Positions 14,358-26,600 of a stretch of DNA of 64,000 nucleotides are shown here, piece by piece (position 1 is the stretch's first letter; the number at the start of each line of letters is the position of its first letter). The position numbers and the translations under genes were made by a program. Where the stretch lies: the NCBI GenBank assembly GCA_002189035.1, contig NEEC01000009.1, forward strand, positions 1,550,001 to 1,614,000. The letters are read 5' to 3'. Below the pieces are notes generated by a model, which was given only the letters and a program-made list of their open reading frames with translations, had not been told where the DNA came from and did not search any database. The DNA comes from Utricularia gibba (Eukaryota > Plantae > Magnoliophyta).

Positions 14358-14474
14358 TCAGCAGCAACTGAAAAGCAACAGAGCCGTGAGGAATTCCCAA
14401 TCCCAGCAATAGAATCCAGCGAGAAAAGCGTGACGATGGGAGAGATCGCGGCGTCTGGATTCAGCAAGCTCCAT
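14358..14474 (-). CDS. Conserved-peptide upstream ORF of HsfB1 (38 aa)
   Basis: Translates [38 protein letters not shown]. The C-terminal [21 protein letters not shown] matches the recalled Arabidopsis HsfB1/TBF1 uORF2 peptide. It ends 71 nt upstream of the main AUG and is below the ORF-track length cutoff. Confidence 0.92.
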   Translation of the reverse strand: MELAESRRRDLSHRHAFLAGFYCWDWEFLTALLLFSCC

Positions 14475-14625
14475 GGAAGGACCTGCACATTTCATCACTC
14501 GCGGCGTGATGGGAAAATGATCCCCCGTTGCGTGCTTTTATGGAACCCGAAAAACAGAGGAAAAGGGGGGTGTCAAGAGTGTGTGCCCAAGGCCAAGGGG
14601 GATTCTAGAAGAATTTGAATCCCAA

Positions 14626-14633
14626 TTTTATAG
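14626..14633 (-). promoter_or_regulatory. Probable TATA box of HsfB1
   Basis: CTATAAAA on the minus strand ~150 nt upstream of the CPuORF AUG, followed by a pyrimidine-rich leader. Confidence 0.5.
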
Positions 14634-17600
14634 TACCGGTCAAACCTAAACCAAACCCCAGAAGAAAACGGTGTCGTCTCTGTCCCCCCTGGGCCCACCC
14701 ACCATTTCATTTCATTTCCCAATATTCGAATAAAAATGAGCAAGGGAAATAATAAGCAGCCCTCGAGAAGGCGTTTTCAATGATAGCGGCATTTTTCTTG
14801 TGTTTTTCGGGTTCTCCGATCGGATCAGATCCTTTTGTATTTCAAAGTTGCATTTAATCACGCAATGGGGCTGCTGCTGCTGCTTCCATACCGCACACGG
14901 TTTTGGACCGCCTAGAAACTCCATTTTCGGTTGATGTATATATCTACTCCCTTCTACCGCAAACCCATCTATTGGATTTCGATTTCATCCAAAATTCCAA
15001 TCCATTAACTGACATTCATATCATTCATTCATATACTTAACTATGTTGGGTTTGTACAGTATTTTATGTATTAAAAACCCGATTCTTATAATTTTATGTT
15101 TTTTTTCATCTTGTAGATTTTTTTAGAAAATCATTAATTTTTAAATTATTTAAAATCAATCGTACTTAAATTTCGAATTCTCATAAAATATCCTTCCTAG
15201 TGGTCGGTAAAATGACTCGTACAAGATTTGAATTATCATTTTATTCAATTTTATCTCTTTTTATCTGTAATCAATACGAAATTTGATTAAAATCTTTCAA
15301 TTTTTATTCGAGGTGAGATATCACATACTTTGATGATAGAATGAATCATTAGAACGAGGGATCAATTGAATTCTTTTCTCCTTCGTTAGAAGATTGACTA
15401 GAGGTTTAAAGATCTCGATCTTCAATATCAATTCATGGTTTATACTCATCAAGGTATGGGGCATCAATTGAATTTGATATGTTCAGAAAGTACACATTTT
15501 TGTGGGTCCCAACGCAAATGTCAACTGGGCTAAAAAGGCCAGTGTGCAGTTTGGGCTCACTCTTCTTATTGGGCCAACCGCATTTGGGCCGTTGGTATTA
15601 CACTGGGTAAGAAAGAATATTCCCAACACTCCTAGTCCTAGCTAGGGGTAGCGCAGTGAAAATAAATCAGTCGTAGCCGATTTTACCCGCGGTCAAATTT
15701 TGCCTGCCTACCCCATCTCATCTCCTCCTCCTCTTGTGTTTTTTTTTTACAGTGGGAAGGTACGGCTATTTTGACTATAGGTGAGCTTTTTCTACAGATG
15801 CGCTGCCGCTGCGTGGAGCTTCGCCCTGGCTATTTATTTATTTACCATCACATCACATTTTTAAAAGAGTGCCGTATCTTTCCTGCATCTTGAGAGAATA
15901 TTAAAACCAAACTCCCGTGTCCTGCCTGACACTTGCATTTAGGGCGAGGGACACGGACACGTCTCTGCTCATTGCACACAGCTTAATAAGAATCTCGTGT
16001 CAGTTCCCCTTTCCATCTCTTTGCCAGCGCGCGGTGTCCCACGGGATCCTTTAGGCAACCAATGCTTTTAGTTGCACCGCAGTCGCTCGTGCTGTGAAAA
16101 TATTCTGAACATGGTAAAAATTATATGGTAAATAAGTTGAAGAGAGAATTGGAGAACAAAAAAAAAAAAGAGCTCATGGGGTGTGATAAATATTTTGATT
16201 GGGAGAAGAACTGAAAAAGTATGAGAATGGACTGTGGCTGGGTGGACTTGGGACCCTGGGGCTCTTGGCTCTCGGCCGTCCACGGTGGTGCCCCGACAAC
16301 ACCCACGGTGGTTGCCGCCTCCCCACTATCATTTATTCCATTACCATATCTCCCACATTTCATTCCTTTTCATTAAGTGATGTTTCTTTCTAATTGGACT
16401 CTTTTCTTGCGCCAACTTGTGCTGCATCCTATCCATACATCCCAGCACACACACTTCTGATCAGTATCTCCATTGTTGAACGTAAGGTACCCAGAGAACG
16501 GATTGTCGAATCCAGGACCCATGGTGGTTCGAGTTTTGCGTTAAAATAAGACTGATAATACAGATAGATCTCATCGTGCTGCCTCAAAACACACAAGAGG
16601 GGGAGGGACCTCGAATAGTAGTAATGACGACGTAAAAGACGGTGAGTCGATTCTCCGGTTGGGATCCCCATTTAGGGTTTAGTTGGATGGAGGTAATTTA
16701 AGGAGAGGGGCTAGTTGGTCTCGAGATGGGTTAGGACCACGGTGAGATTGAGATCTCAGGATCGTATCACACGTGATGCTGATTTGAACAAGAGGTATCT
16801 GTAGAGCGAATGGACTTCACTTACTCATCAATGGCTGCCCCCATTCCTCACAAAATATGACCAACACATCCCCACTTCTGTGTTGGAAATGGAATGGCCA
16901 TCCTCCTCCTCGTTTCAAGATTTTCCACTCCAGGGTCGGTGTGAATCCATTAGCAGAATCGGTAATGCTTCACTGCAGTTAATGACTGGATGTTACTAAC
17001 TCAGATGGCCCTCTGTAGAATCAATAAATGCATGATAATTTGCCATGACAGTTACAAAATTTATTGACTCGACTCAGTCTCTTGAGATCAGTATGAGCAC
17101 TTGGAAGGAATGGGGGGATTGATGATATCAGGCAGCTGTGAATACGTGTGCCTGGTTTTCTTCTTCTAGGACACACCGCCCATGTAAACTGACAGAACTC
17201 TGGAGCCTGTTCAGTGGTAGTAGCCTATAGGTAATGCGGCATGTCTCAACTACATGCATAGCTTGGCAAATCAGAGTGTTGTAACAATTTAATGCACATA
17301 ACGATATGGGAATAGTGACAGGGGTTTGACCCCATGATCCCTGTCCGAGTAAAGCAGAGGGAGCCATGCATTTATTTTACCTCATGTCCTTACAGGAAGC
17401 ACTTTTCTTTTTAACCCCAAGTTAAATGCAAGTGGAGATCCTTCCGGAGCTTTCATTTCATGACTGTTTGTCACATTCTTGACCATTTTCCACCCCTGGA
17501 CTTCAGATGTCTTGCCTCTTCCACTGCTGTGGCATTTACTGCTCCTCCACTTTAAACGGTTGGGAGTTTAAGCTGCGGTTGAGCGAAGAAAACACATTAC

Positions 17601-18602
17601 ACCACGTGATCCATTTCTGGAATTCCCCCGGGTTAAACATCAAACCAGAAACAGACCCAGAAACATTTGAAGCAGAACTCCAACAGTCTGCGCACAACAT
17701 GACACCATTAAAGAGAAAACAAGCTATTTGCTTCAATCTGTTGCCGAATTGCAAAGGAATGCGGGCTTCGTTGCTGTCACATAAACAGATTACAGACCCC
17801 AGAAACATTTGAAGCACTCCTGGTTCTGGAGTCTGCGCGTAAACGTGCAGCGAGTTTAACTACTCTGAGCAACTCCCAACCACAAACCTCCTTGCAGTCA
17901 AGTTGACATTTGGCTCGTCGGCGAGAGTGGGGTGGAGATGGGGACCCGTAGGAGACCGGGGCATTTTCCTAGACCCTACTCGGGCCACATTGGATACCTG
18001 TGGCTGTCCCCTCGCCCCCTTACGTCGAAACCCCCCAAAAAACGTAAGAACAAGAAAAAGATCATCTTGCACCCTGCTGCATAAAAGGATGAGATCATGG
18101 AACTTTTTATCAAATATTTTTCTTATTTTTAAATATCACGATACATAATCAAGGTTTTACCTTCTTTACCTTGGTAAAAAAATCTCATATATTAGAAAAA
18201 TTATTCTATTTAAACATTTAATCTCCACTATTCATAATCGATATAATATATTATTGTCAAGTGATCTTACATTTTTATAATAAAATGTAATAAAAAATTC
18301 AAAAAACTCTATTATAAAAAGGGTTGAGAGGGGAGTAAAGATGATTATTGATTTTGTAATAGCGATTTTTGGTTGTAATGATTTTTAATATAATTTGGAA
18401 TAATATTGAATTATATGGGGGTGTGGGCTCCACTTCACCTGCTATAAATTCTCTTCTTTGCCTGGCTGCATTCCACCACCAAACCTCGGGTGACTTCTTT
18501 TCCTTGCTCTCTTTTACCAAGTTTTCAAACTTCGCCGTGCTCAGGTCAAAAGTGGGAGAAAAACTTGATATCGCCTTTGAAGTTGGGAATCTGGAACGGG
18601 AG

Positions 18603-19790
18603 ATGGTGGACGTCGACCGGAGAATGGCAGGTCTGAACCCGGGGCATGTTGCAGGGCTACGAAGATTGTCAGCGAGGGCCGCCGCTTCCTTGCCTTCAAC
18701 TCCGATGACGCCGCTCAATGGTGTTTTTTCTTTCGATTCTCTGGCTGGAAAGGTGGTAACCCAGTTGACAAATTGCGGCATTACGGTGCAGCGGGGGCTA
18801 ACGGAGGCGGAGTTTGCGGTGGCGGAAGCTGAGTTTGGGTTTGTGTTTCCACCGGATTTGAAGGCGGTTCTGTCCGCTGGTTTGCCGGCGGGTGCTGGGT
18901 TCCCCGATTGGAGGTCCTCTGGGTCCTCGCGGTTTCACCTGAGGGCTTCGATTCAACTTCCCGTGGCGTCCACTGGATTGCAGATTGCTCGGAATCTGCT
19001 GTGGCTAAAATCGTGGGGGCAGAGGCCTACGGACGCGCAGAAAGCTCTGAAAATTGCTAGGAGTGCCCTGAAACGGGCTCCAATTTTGATACCAATTTTC
19101 GATCGCTGCTACATCCCCTGCAATCCGTGTCTCGCTGGCAACCCGATTTTTTACGTCGATGAGGAGCGTGCGTTCTACTGCGGCTACGATTTGTCCGATT
19201 TTTTTGACTGTAATTCGTCGCTTTTCCGGCAAGGGTGCGATTCGAGCGCTGGTTTAGTGATGGAGCGGCAGAAATCAAAATCCTCACGAAGAATCGCGGA
19301 TGAGAAAAGAAGGCCACGGTGGGTAGAGTTCTGGAGCGAAGCAGCCGTCGATCGGCGCCCGAGAAATTCCAATTCCTCATCCTCGTCCTCTTCCTCACCG
19401 GATCGCATGCAGCAGAGATCCGAAACTCCTAAATGGGTGGACGAATACGTCACCCGGATGGGGTCTACTCTCCGGCAAGGCGGTTGGGCAGAATCCGACG
19501 TATCGGAGATCGTCGACGTGGCGGCGGCCACTGGGTTCTTCAATGGCGAGATCGTGACGATCGACAATCAAACGGTTCACGATTCTCTCCTTCTGAAAGC
19601 AGGGCGTTTGTCGGACACCCTCCGGGAAGCTGGTTGGAGCTCCGAGGAAGTCTCCGACGCGCTGGGTTTCGACTTCCGACTAGAGAAAGGGAAGACGAGG
19701 CCCCCGAAGACACTCCCGCCGGAGCTCGCGAAGAGGCTCGGTAAACTGGCGGAGGCCGTGAACCGGTCTTCCCATTCAACAAAAAGATGA
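18603..19790 (+). CDS. Uncharacterised intronless plant protein (At3g50340/At5g67020-like)
   Basis: MVDVDRRMAGLNPGHVAGLRRLSARAAA start, GLTEAEFAVAEAEFGFVFPPDL, AGFPDWR, LKRAPILIPIFDRCYIPCNP, PRWVEFWSEAA, AGWSSEEVSDALG. TATA-like ctataaat at ~18442 supports AUG 18603 rather than the ORF-track start at 18369. Confidence 0.88.
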   Translation: MVDVDRRMAGLNPGHVAGLRRLSARAAASLPSTPMTPLNGVFSFDSLAGKVVTQLTNCGITVQRGLTEAEFAVAEAEFGFVFPPDLKAVLSAGLPAGAGFPDWRSSGSSRFHLRASIQLPVASTGLQIARNLLWLKSWGQRPTDAQKALKIARSALKRAPILIPIFDRCYIPCNPCLAGNPIFYVDEERAFYCGYDLSDFFDCNSSLFRQGCDSSAGLVMERQKSKSSRRIADEKRRPRWVEFWSEAAVDRRPRNSNSSSSSSSSPDRMQQRSETPKWVDEYVTRMGSTLRQGGWAESDVSEIVDVAAATGFFNGEIVTIDNQTVHDSLLLKAGRLSDTLREAGWSSEEVSDALGFDFRLEKGKTRPPKTLPPELAKRLGKLAEAVNRSSHSTKR

Positions 19791-20014
19791 CTGGCAAGTG
19801 GCTCCCGAGAATGATTGGATTGGATTGGATCGGATGCTCACTCCAGAAACAACCGATCGATGATTCTTGGTGGGAAGATGAAGTTGACTTGTAGTCTGCA
19901 CTCCTTCTGCGTTACTGCATGTGAAGTGTCACCGTAACCCCTTGCAAAAAAAAAGCATATCAATTCTAAGTTCAGTCAGTTAACCTTCCTTCCACAAGGC
20001 CTTGGTCGGAGCCC

Positions 20015-20017
<3 letters not shown>

Positions 20018-20052
<35 letters not shown>
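20018..20052. repeat. (CA)n microsatellite, ~17 units
   Basis: Perfect CA run seen directly. Confidence 0.97.
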
Positions 20053-20054
<2 letters not shown>

Positions 20055-22228
20055 ACGCACGCACACAGTGAAAGGCAGTCCGAGAGGAGAGTGACGGGGA
20101 GGTGCTGCACAAAGTGGGATTCGGTGAACGCACGTGTGAGTGGGTTCCACTTGTGCTATTTTTCGGAAAAGAACCTTCACTGGTCCAAGGTGTGAACTCT
20201 CAGAGGTCGCCGTTTCGTCTCAATTTGCCAAACGATGTCGTGTCAGCCGGAGTCAGTAATAACTGCTGTCGGCAATCAATCACGCAGTAAAACTACGTCG
20301 TCACTACCGTCGTCCCGTCCACAAGATGCATCCCGCTCTCCTCTGCTCTGCTCTGCTTTGGAAATGGAAGGGGATGATGATAACACACGAGCTGCACTTC
20401 TTTAAAGTCTCATTTTGCCTCGGAATCAGCATCCCATTGTGGAGAAACGGCCCGCCCGGCCGAGGCATTTCCGGCGGGCCAGGATCCATTTCGTTTATCT
20501 CGTAGGTGTGAAGCTCTTGGGCCGGGCCTTGTACAGAATCCATTGCCGTAAATCAAGCATGTTACTCTGCAGCCTACAGGGGATCTAATCTGTCATCTCA
20601 CATTCACAAATCACAGAAGGTTCATTTTGTCTCTCTTCTTGATTTGATTTGGTAGATGATTGGATCAGAGTCGGGGCTTCTTGGAGTGAGACTGGACCAC
20701 ATGTGGGCGGATCTAGGTACGCAGGGCTACACAAGTGCTACCCCTGCTCACTAGACAAGGCCCAACTCTAGCAAACTGTACACGTGATCGATCTACTAGG
20801 GGATAAAAAAGAGCTTGTAAACTCAGAAGCCACAGTGGCTTTTGTAGCCTGTGCTGTAGATATTCACTACCTGTGCCGGGTTTGGTGGGTGGTATTGAAA
20901 TTCAGCGAAGTATACTCAAATACATAATAAATCATCATATTAAAAAAGATTAGATTCAATCAATTATTTATGATTTATAAATTATTATAAATTTAAAGAG
21001 GTGGAGACGCATCAGCGGCAGCGTGACATCCGGAAGAAACGGCAATAGTGCCGGAGCTATGAGTCATCTCGGGCTGGTTGCAGCAAAAAAACTAAACTTT
21101 GGAATTTTCAGTTCTTTGAGAAAATCGTGTTGGTGTTTTATGTAAGAAAAATATATATATTTCGTGGTTGGAATGTCTTGTCCTGTCTCGCCATCCGGTT
21201 CCTTTTGAAACCACCAAACTCAATGATTCAACCGCCTGCTGTTGACTCTCGTCACGTCGCCAGCATTCGGCACAACCTCGTTCGATTGAGAGGCCACGGG
21301 GCTCGACCCTCCCACGTGGGTGGAACCCAATGTGTTGTTGAATAAGGCGTCGTCTTTTCATACGATTTGATTTGTGATGTCGTCAACAGAAGCAGCATGA
21401 AAAAGTTGCATTTTTTAAGAGGGTGGTGCTGTGCTGTGGTGGATTATGATCTAAGTATTGGGGGTTAGAGAGGTAGGGGCGATGCATTGAGATTATAAAT
21501 GTCACGAGCAGGAGGGAATCCCTCCCGGGTCATGCTTCTTCTTCCTTCTCTGTGCTCCTTCCATTGGGACCAACTTGTGTTGTGTCCATAATCGAGACAA
21601 GCTGATTTTTGGACACCGTGTTGCACAGGCAGTGTGTTGATCTTTGAAGAATCTTGAAACTGGATTGTGCTGGGCAATCCAGGAGTCACATGGACTGTTA
21701 GATAAACATATTCCCTGACCCCATTTTCGTCTGAAACTATTCCTTCACCCCACAAATAATACCCTCCCCTTTACCTTCTGCAGCCACTGCATCTCTTTGC
21801 TTGAGCCACAGTAGCGACACCTCAGAGGAACACATCTTGTAGCTTCTACGTTGTTGCAGTTTCAGCTCAACTCAAGGGTGAGTTTGTTCTGTCAACTTCT
21901 CTTTTCTTGTTCCTGGTCTCATCGCATTCTTACAGTCGTGATTGTGTCTTGAAAGCACCAGACAGGGCACTTGGAGAGAGTGGGTCTTTTTTTTAATGAG
22001 TATTTTTGTTTTCACGAAGACAAAAACAGCCAGACTAGAGAAAGTGATGTGTCATTGAAGTCTCCTCTCTGTGGGGATCGATAACACAGTGAGTACCAAC
22101 TTGTGATGGTATAATGAACCAATATTTGCCCATTATCAAACTCTTCTTGCGCATCCATTAGGGGTACAGAGATCGGAGCTTCAGGGAACGATCAAGGCCT
22201 TCCCTTTGCTAGTCCTGCTCCGGTGCTG

Positions 22229-23620
22229 ATGGTGGTGAGGATGCATTCCGGGTTGTCTGCATACTCCGGTCTGTATACGAGTCCCGGAACACCGGACCAT
22301 GGCGACAGTGAGCAGTTTGGAACGACCAAGACTTGGAGCTCAGAACGAGTGCCATTGCCTGGAAGGAGACAAATAAGTGCCGCAGCATTGATGCCTTTCA
22401 GCAGTGGGAGAGCTTTGCCCTCAAAATGGGATGATGCTGAGAGATGGATTACCAGTCCGGTATCCAGCAATTGCACTTCCCAGGTTCATGTGCAGCGACA
22501 GCTTAAATCGAAGAGCGGTCCCATCAGGCCGACTGTTCCATATTGCTCAGCCTTCACACCTGCACAAGATGGGAGCATGAGAATCTGCATCAGGAATTCA
22601 CCTGTAAAAACTGGTGTGTTAGTGGCTCACGATGGTTTATCTCTTCGTTTCGGCACAGGAAATACCCAAAAATCGGAGACATTTGGTGAAGATGCCTTCC
22701 GGGGGAGTATTCAAAGTGCGCTGGGGTTATCAGATCTGAGCAGTGAAAGTTCTGGACCAGATTCTACAGGTAAACAAAGAGCCTTGTCACAGGGATCTCG
22801 TGCAAGCTCTTTTTCTTTTTTAAATCAAAATCATGTCTTGGAATCCTTTCGTGCGAACTGAATGATCACCCCAGATGTAAGGCATGGCATCTGGAGGGAC
22901 GAAGATGCTATTTTCCTTCCACAAAGGGATGTAGCAACTCAGATGAGTCCAGATGGAAGCACACGATCATCGCCCAAGGGCCGGTTATCGTTCTCATTAC
23001 CACCACTTACGGTTGATGGCCATGAAAACCCCGAAATCCGAGATGTTCAGGTGGACAAAAGCACGACTGCTAGTAAACGTGGTCTGAAGAAGATATGGAC
23101 AAGAAGAAACACAGAGTGCATGTCCTCAACATGGAGCAACTCAGAGGCATCAAAAGAGTTGTCAAAGTATGCTTTTGAGTCCACTAGACTATTAGCTTCC
23201 ACCAATATCAACACCCTAGTGTTTCTTCAAGATCCATAAACAAAATGCTTCAAACTTGGTCACTCTGCAGGATGGAAAGGGAAGCAGCCAAGATCTCTGC
23301 TTGGGAGAATTTGCAGAAGGCAAAAGCTGATGCAGCATTGCGCAAACTTGAGGTCTCAAAAAAACTTTTGTTAAATCTGATACATGAACTCCATTTTAGA
23401 ACACAAACCATGCATTTTATTTGTACAGATGAAACTAGAGAAGAAGAGATCAAGTTCCATAGACAGAATAGCGCACAAGCTAAGACAAGCAGAGTCAAAA
23501 GCCCAAGCCAAGAGAGACTTGCTGTTTGGGGCAGCTCCAGGAACATCTCGAAAAGCATTTTCAGGCCCTGGCTACTTTACCATTTGCTTTCGCTCTAAGC
23601 GCTCCTACCACAAGAGTTAG
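22229..23620 (+). CDS. Remorin family protein, long N-terminus type (At4g36970/At1g45207-like)
   Basis: SPGTP...WSSERVPLP, FSSGRALPSKWDDAERWITSP, KSKSGP, RDVATQMSP, EIRDVQVDK, and Remorin_C ISAWENLQKAKADAALRKLE|MKLEKKRSSSIDRI. Three coding introns plus a probable 5'-UTR intron (~21878-22169). The start codon could be 22229 or 22241. Confidence 0.88.
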
Positions 23621-26600
23621 TTTGGGAGATGGAAGCCATAGCAGCATTATCTATTGCAATAATGTATCATGATTAAGGGTTCACACAGTTGAACGCCTCC
23701 ATCAATATTTTGTATCCATTATGGCATCAAACTTCTAATCTCCACCAAACATAACAAACACACCCCTTGTTCTAATCTCTTCTACTTCTTTTGGAACAGT
23801 GTCCCTCCACGCAAACCCAATTGCCACCACGTCAGTGAACATCGTTGCAGCATAAACAAAGAAGACCACGATGAATGGAATTAGCATTACAGCATCTCAA
23901 GCCCTAAGAAATCAATTTTTAACCACCATGGAGCATTCCACATTTGTCAATTTCATGACTTCCATCCCAAGAAAAATCAGTAACGCATAAAACACTGCAG
24001 AAATTGAGCAGTGCCATTAGCATTTCTTCACTAGGAAGCGATTATAGACCCAACGCGCATCCGAGTTCACGAAACATTAACTTGCAGCCCGGAGGATCAT
24101 AACAATACATCGTCCTCAAATCTCGTATAGAGTAAAAAGTAAGAAAAAAAAAAAAAAAAAACCTCCATCACAATTCCGTCCTCTGCCCTGAAGACGCCGA
24201 CGGGCCCAACTCGGCACTACCCAGTACCCAGACAATCTGACTACGGTGCGCCGTCATTGTGCTACAATGAGTTTGGCCCAATATGATAGCCCATTGTGTG
24301 GCCCAAGGAAGGCACAAACGAGGGCCTGCTTGAGTTCCATTGTTCGAAATCATGTTATCTCAGTGGAACGAAGACATTCGCAGAGGCATCTCACATGAAT
24401 CATGTAATCTTCTGGAGTGCATTCTCGATTTTGTTCGAATCCCGATGGATGATTCGTGAATGGGTACTTCGAGCCCCACAAAAAATCAAGATTGAAGGGT
24501 GGAAGGAGTCCTTAGAGGGTGGAAGTCAACCCCCAATTTTTGTAAGACTAGTGGTTGGTGAACCCCACAGACGTGAGGTGAGGGATGACATAAAAGTCCG
24601 AATTACGAACATCATTTTCTTTGAGTTCCTTTTCAGTGGAGGAAAGGGAATCAGAAAGGTCAGTATTTGTTGTTTTCGGTGATTAACAATATACACACTA
24701 CTAACCCTCCCAGCCGACGAGCATAACTCCAGAAAATAATGGCGGTTGCAGTGTTTAGACTGAGTAAATGAGCAGTCGGCGGTTCGGTACCACGTTGAAG
24801 TTTGCAATCTTGGAAGAGTCTTACGAGTCTTCATCTTCACTCCGCGCCGCGACCGCCCCCATTTTCAACTCTCAGTCGGCTACCATTTACTAACACATCT
24901 GTCTGGGCACCATTTTTCTGTGGAATCAGTAGGATTTAGTACTTGTTTATGCGTTCGTTTTCTGGTAACAAACAGAAATAGGCTTCTGTAACCATTTTAC
25001 ACACGAATTCGAATGGCGCCGGAGTCGGCGTGGACGGCTAGATGATGGATGCATGGGCTGAAATGGTGGAGGCGGATAGTGAAAAGGAAAGGGGATCGGG
25101 TGGTTAGTTGGGTGACGAAAGAGTTGAGTTTTGGTGGAAGGTGCATGGAAGCAGCATTGTCGTCGCCCTTCCCATGGGGAGTCCCCCACACGAGCTCGTC
25201 GAAGAAAACAAAAAGGTGGTAGATGACTTGAGGTGGCGTTCACAAAGAAGAAATATGAGGCCAAAGTTGAACCAAAAACCTTTATCCAAAATTCTTACAC
25301 CACAAGTTCCCATTGACAGAGGACGAAGACAAAATTACAACATTCCGGTCGTTTGACTTTCGCATCGGTACTAATTCCAATATCGTGCTTTGTGCTCTTG
25401 GGGGAAGATATTTGTGTCAACATGGCGACGGTCCGGACACATCCCATCCAGTTTTTACTGTCGGAAAAACTGAACCGGCACCGCTCTGATTGTCGGTGTA
25501 GGGTGGGGAGCCACGAGACGAGACCACCCATCATCAGATTGCAGCCTACGCCGTTGACTCTTAAAATTGTCTCCACCCCACTCTCTAACCTAATGCAACA
25601 TGCATGGTAAGGTAGGTGGCCTGTGCATTGAATCATTAAAATAATTGAATTATTTTAAAATAAACAAAAATAATCATAATTTAATTAAAATATTTGTTTG
25701 TGGTTTAGGGTGATTGGGATGGGTGCCTGCGCGCTCGTGATCAGAAAATGAAGACCACAGTCCAAATTTCACCTACTAATGTCCTAAACAAGGCGACGCG
25801 ATGTGTATCATCTCGCCTTCTGAAACGGCGGAAAAGAAGGGTTGGATTCTGGGGGGTTCCGGGGACGTTTCTATTAACTTGTGAAAACGAAATGCTATCG
25901 TGGTTTCGCATCTGAATTTTTGCATTCCACGGAAGGCGCCGCCCTTTTGTGTGGCCACAACATCCCCACCTTTTAGGTCGGCCTAAAAGAAACTGTGATA
26001 ACCAATTCAACACTCGCCTTTTCGGAATGAACTTCGAATGGATCCTGAACCTGATACACGCATTTTCTCTTTCTGCTCCAAAGAATGATGCACCAAGTTC
26101 TTCTTCATACTCGTAGGTATGCATTGCTGTCGTGGGACCCGAGAGTGGGATCCCAGTACAGTGTATTGGAGTTTGGATTGTTGACAATAGAGGGATCGAG
26201 CATGCAGATGGGAAGGTCGATGTGGGATCTGGTGATGGAAACAGAAAATGTTATTAAATGCACCGCAAGTGGCGGTGCCCTGTTGAATTCCAGGGGTCTC
26301 TGTACAAAAATACTTCACTTTCGCTACACACCAAATCCCGAGAGTTGAGATTTGAGGTCAACAGCTCTCCATTGAACCCACACCACGCCTCCAGGCAGCG
26401 CTTATCCACCAGTCTGGATCCAGATCCTTAGATTCCTCCTCCCGGAGAAACCGACAGACTATAAACGCTCGCTCCCCTTCTTGGATCCCTCCTCCAACCA
26501 GTTAAAAGTTTGCAAGCCAAAAAAAAAGGCATCATTTTTTTGTGCTGTTTTTGAAAATAGGCAGAAAACTGTGTTCACTATTGACAATGTGTCAGCATCT

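Noticed and set aside
14603-14610. TTCTAGAA heat-shock element near the HsfB1 TSS
   Set aside because: Only two nGAAn units, lying downstream of the probable TATA; too weak to call.
17350-17370. miR160-like or miR160 target-like 21-mer (taaagcagagggagccatgca)
   Set aside because: Mismatch at miRNA position 4 and about five more in the 3' half; no hairpin partner and no ARF context.
18369-18602. 78-codon in-frame N-terminal extension in the ORF track
   Set aside because: It starts upstream of the probable TATA (~18442) in AT-rich DNA, and the family start MVDVDRRM is at 18603. An open 5' UTR frame of this length is plausible by chance.
19005-19797. Several overlapping and antisense ORFs in the At3g50340-like gene (likewise in DAD1 32196-33532 and RALF34 33962-34496)
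   Set aside because: Shadow ORFs expected in GC-rich coding DNA; no recognisable motifs.
24433-24443. GTTCGAATCCC tRNA T-loop-like motif
   Set aside because: The flanks do not form a T-stem or cloverleaf.
24490-24880. miR159/319-like fragments (gattgaaggg; gccgact...tcatttactca weak hairpin at 24712-24780)
   Set aside because: No mature miR159/319 or star sequence at the required positions, and the hairpin is short with many mismatches.
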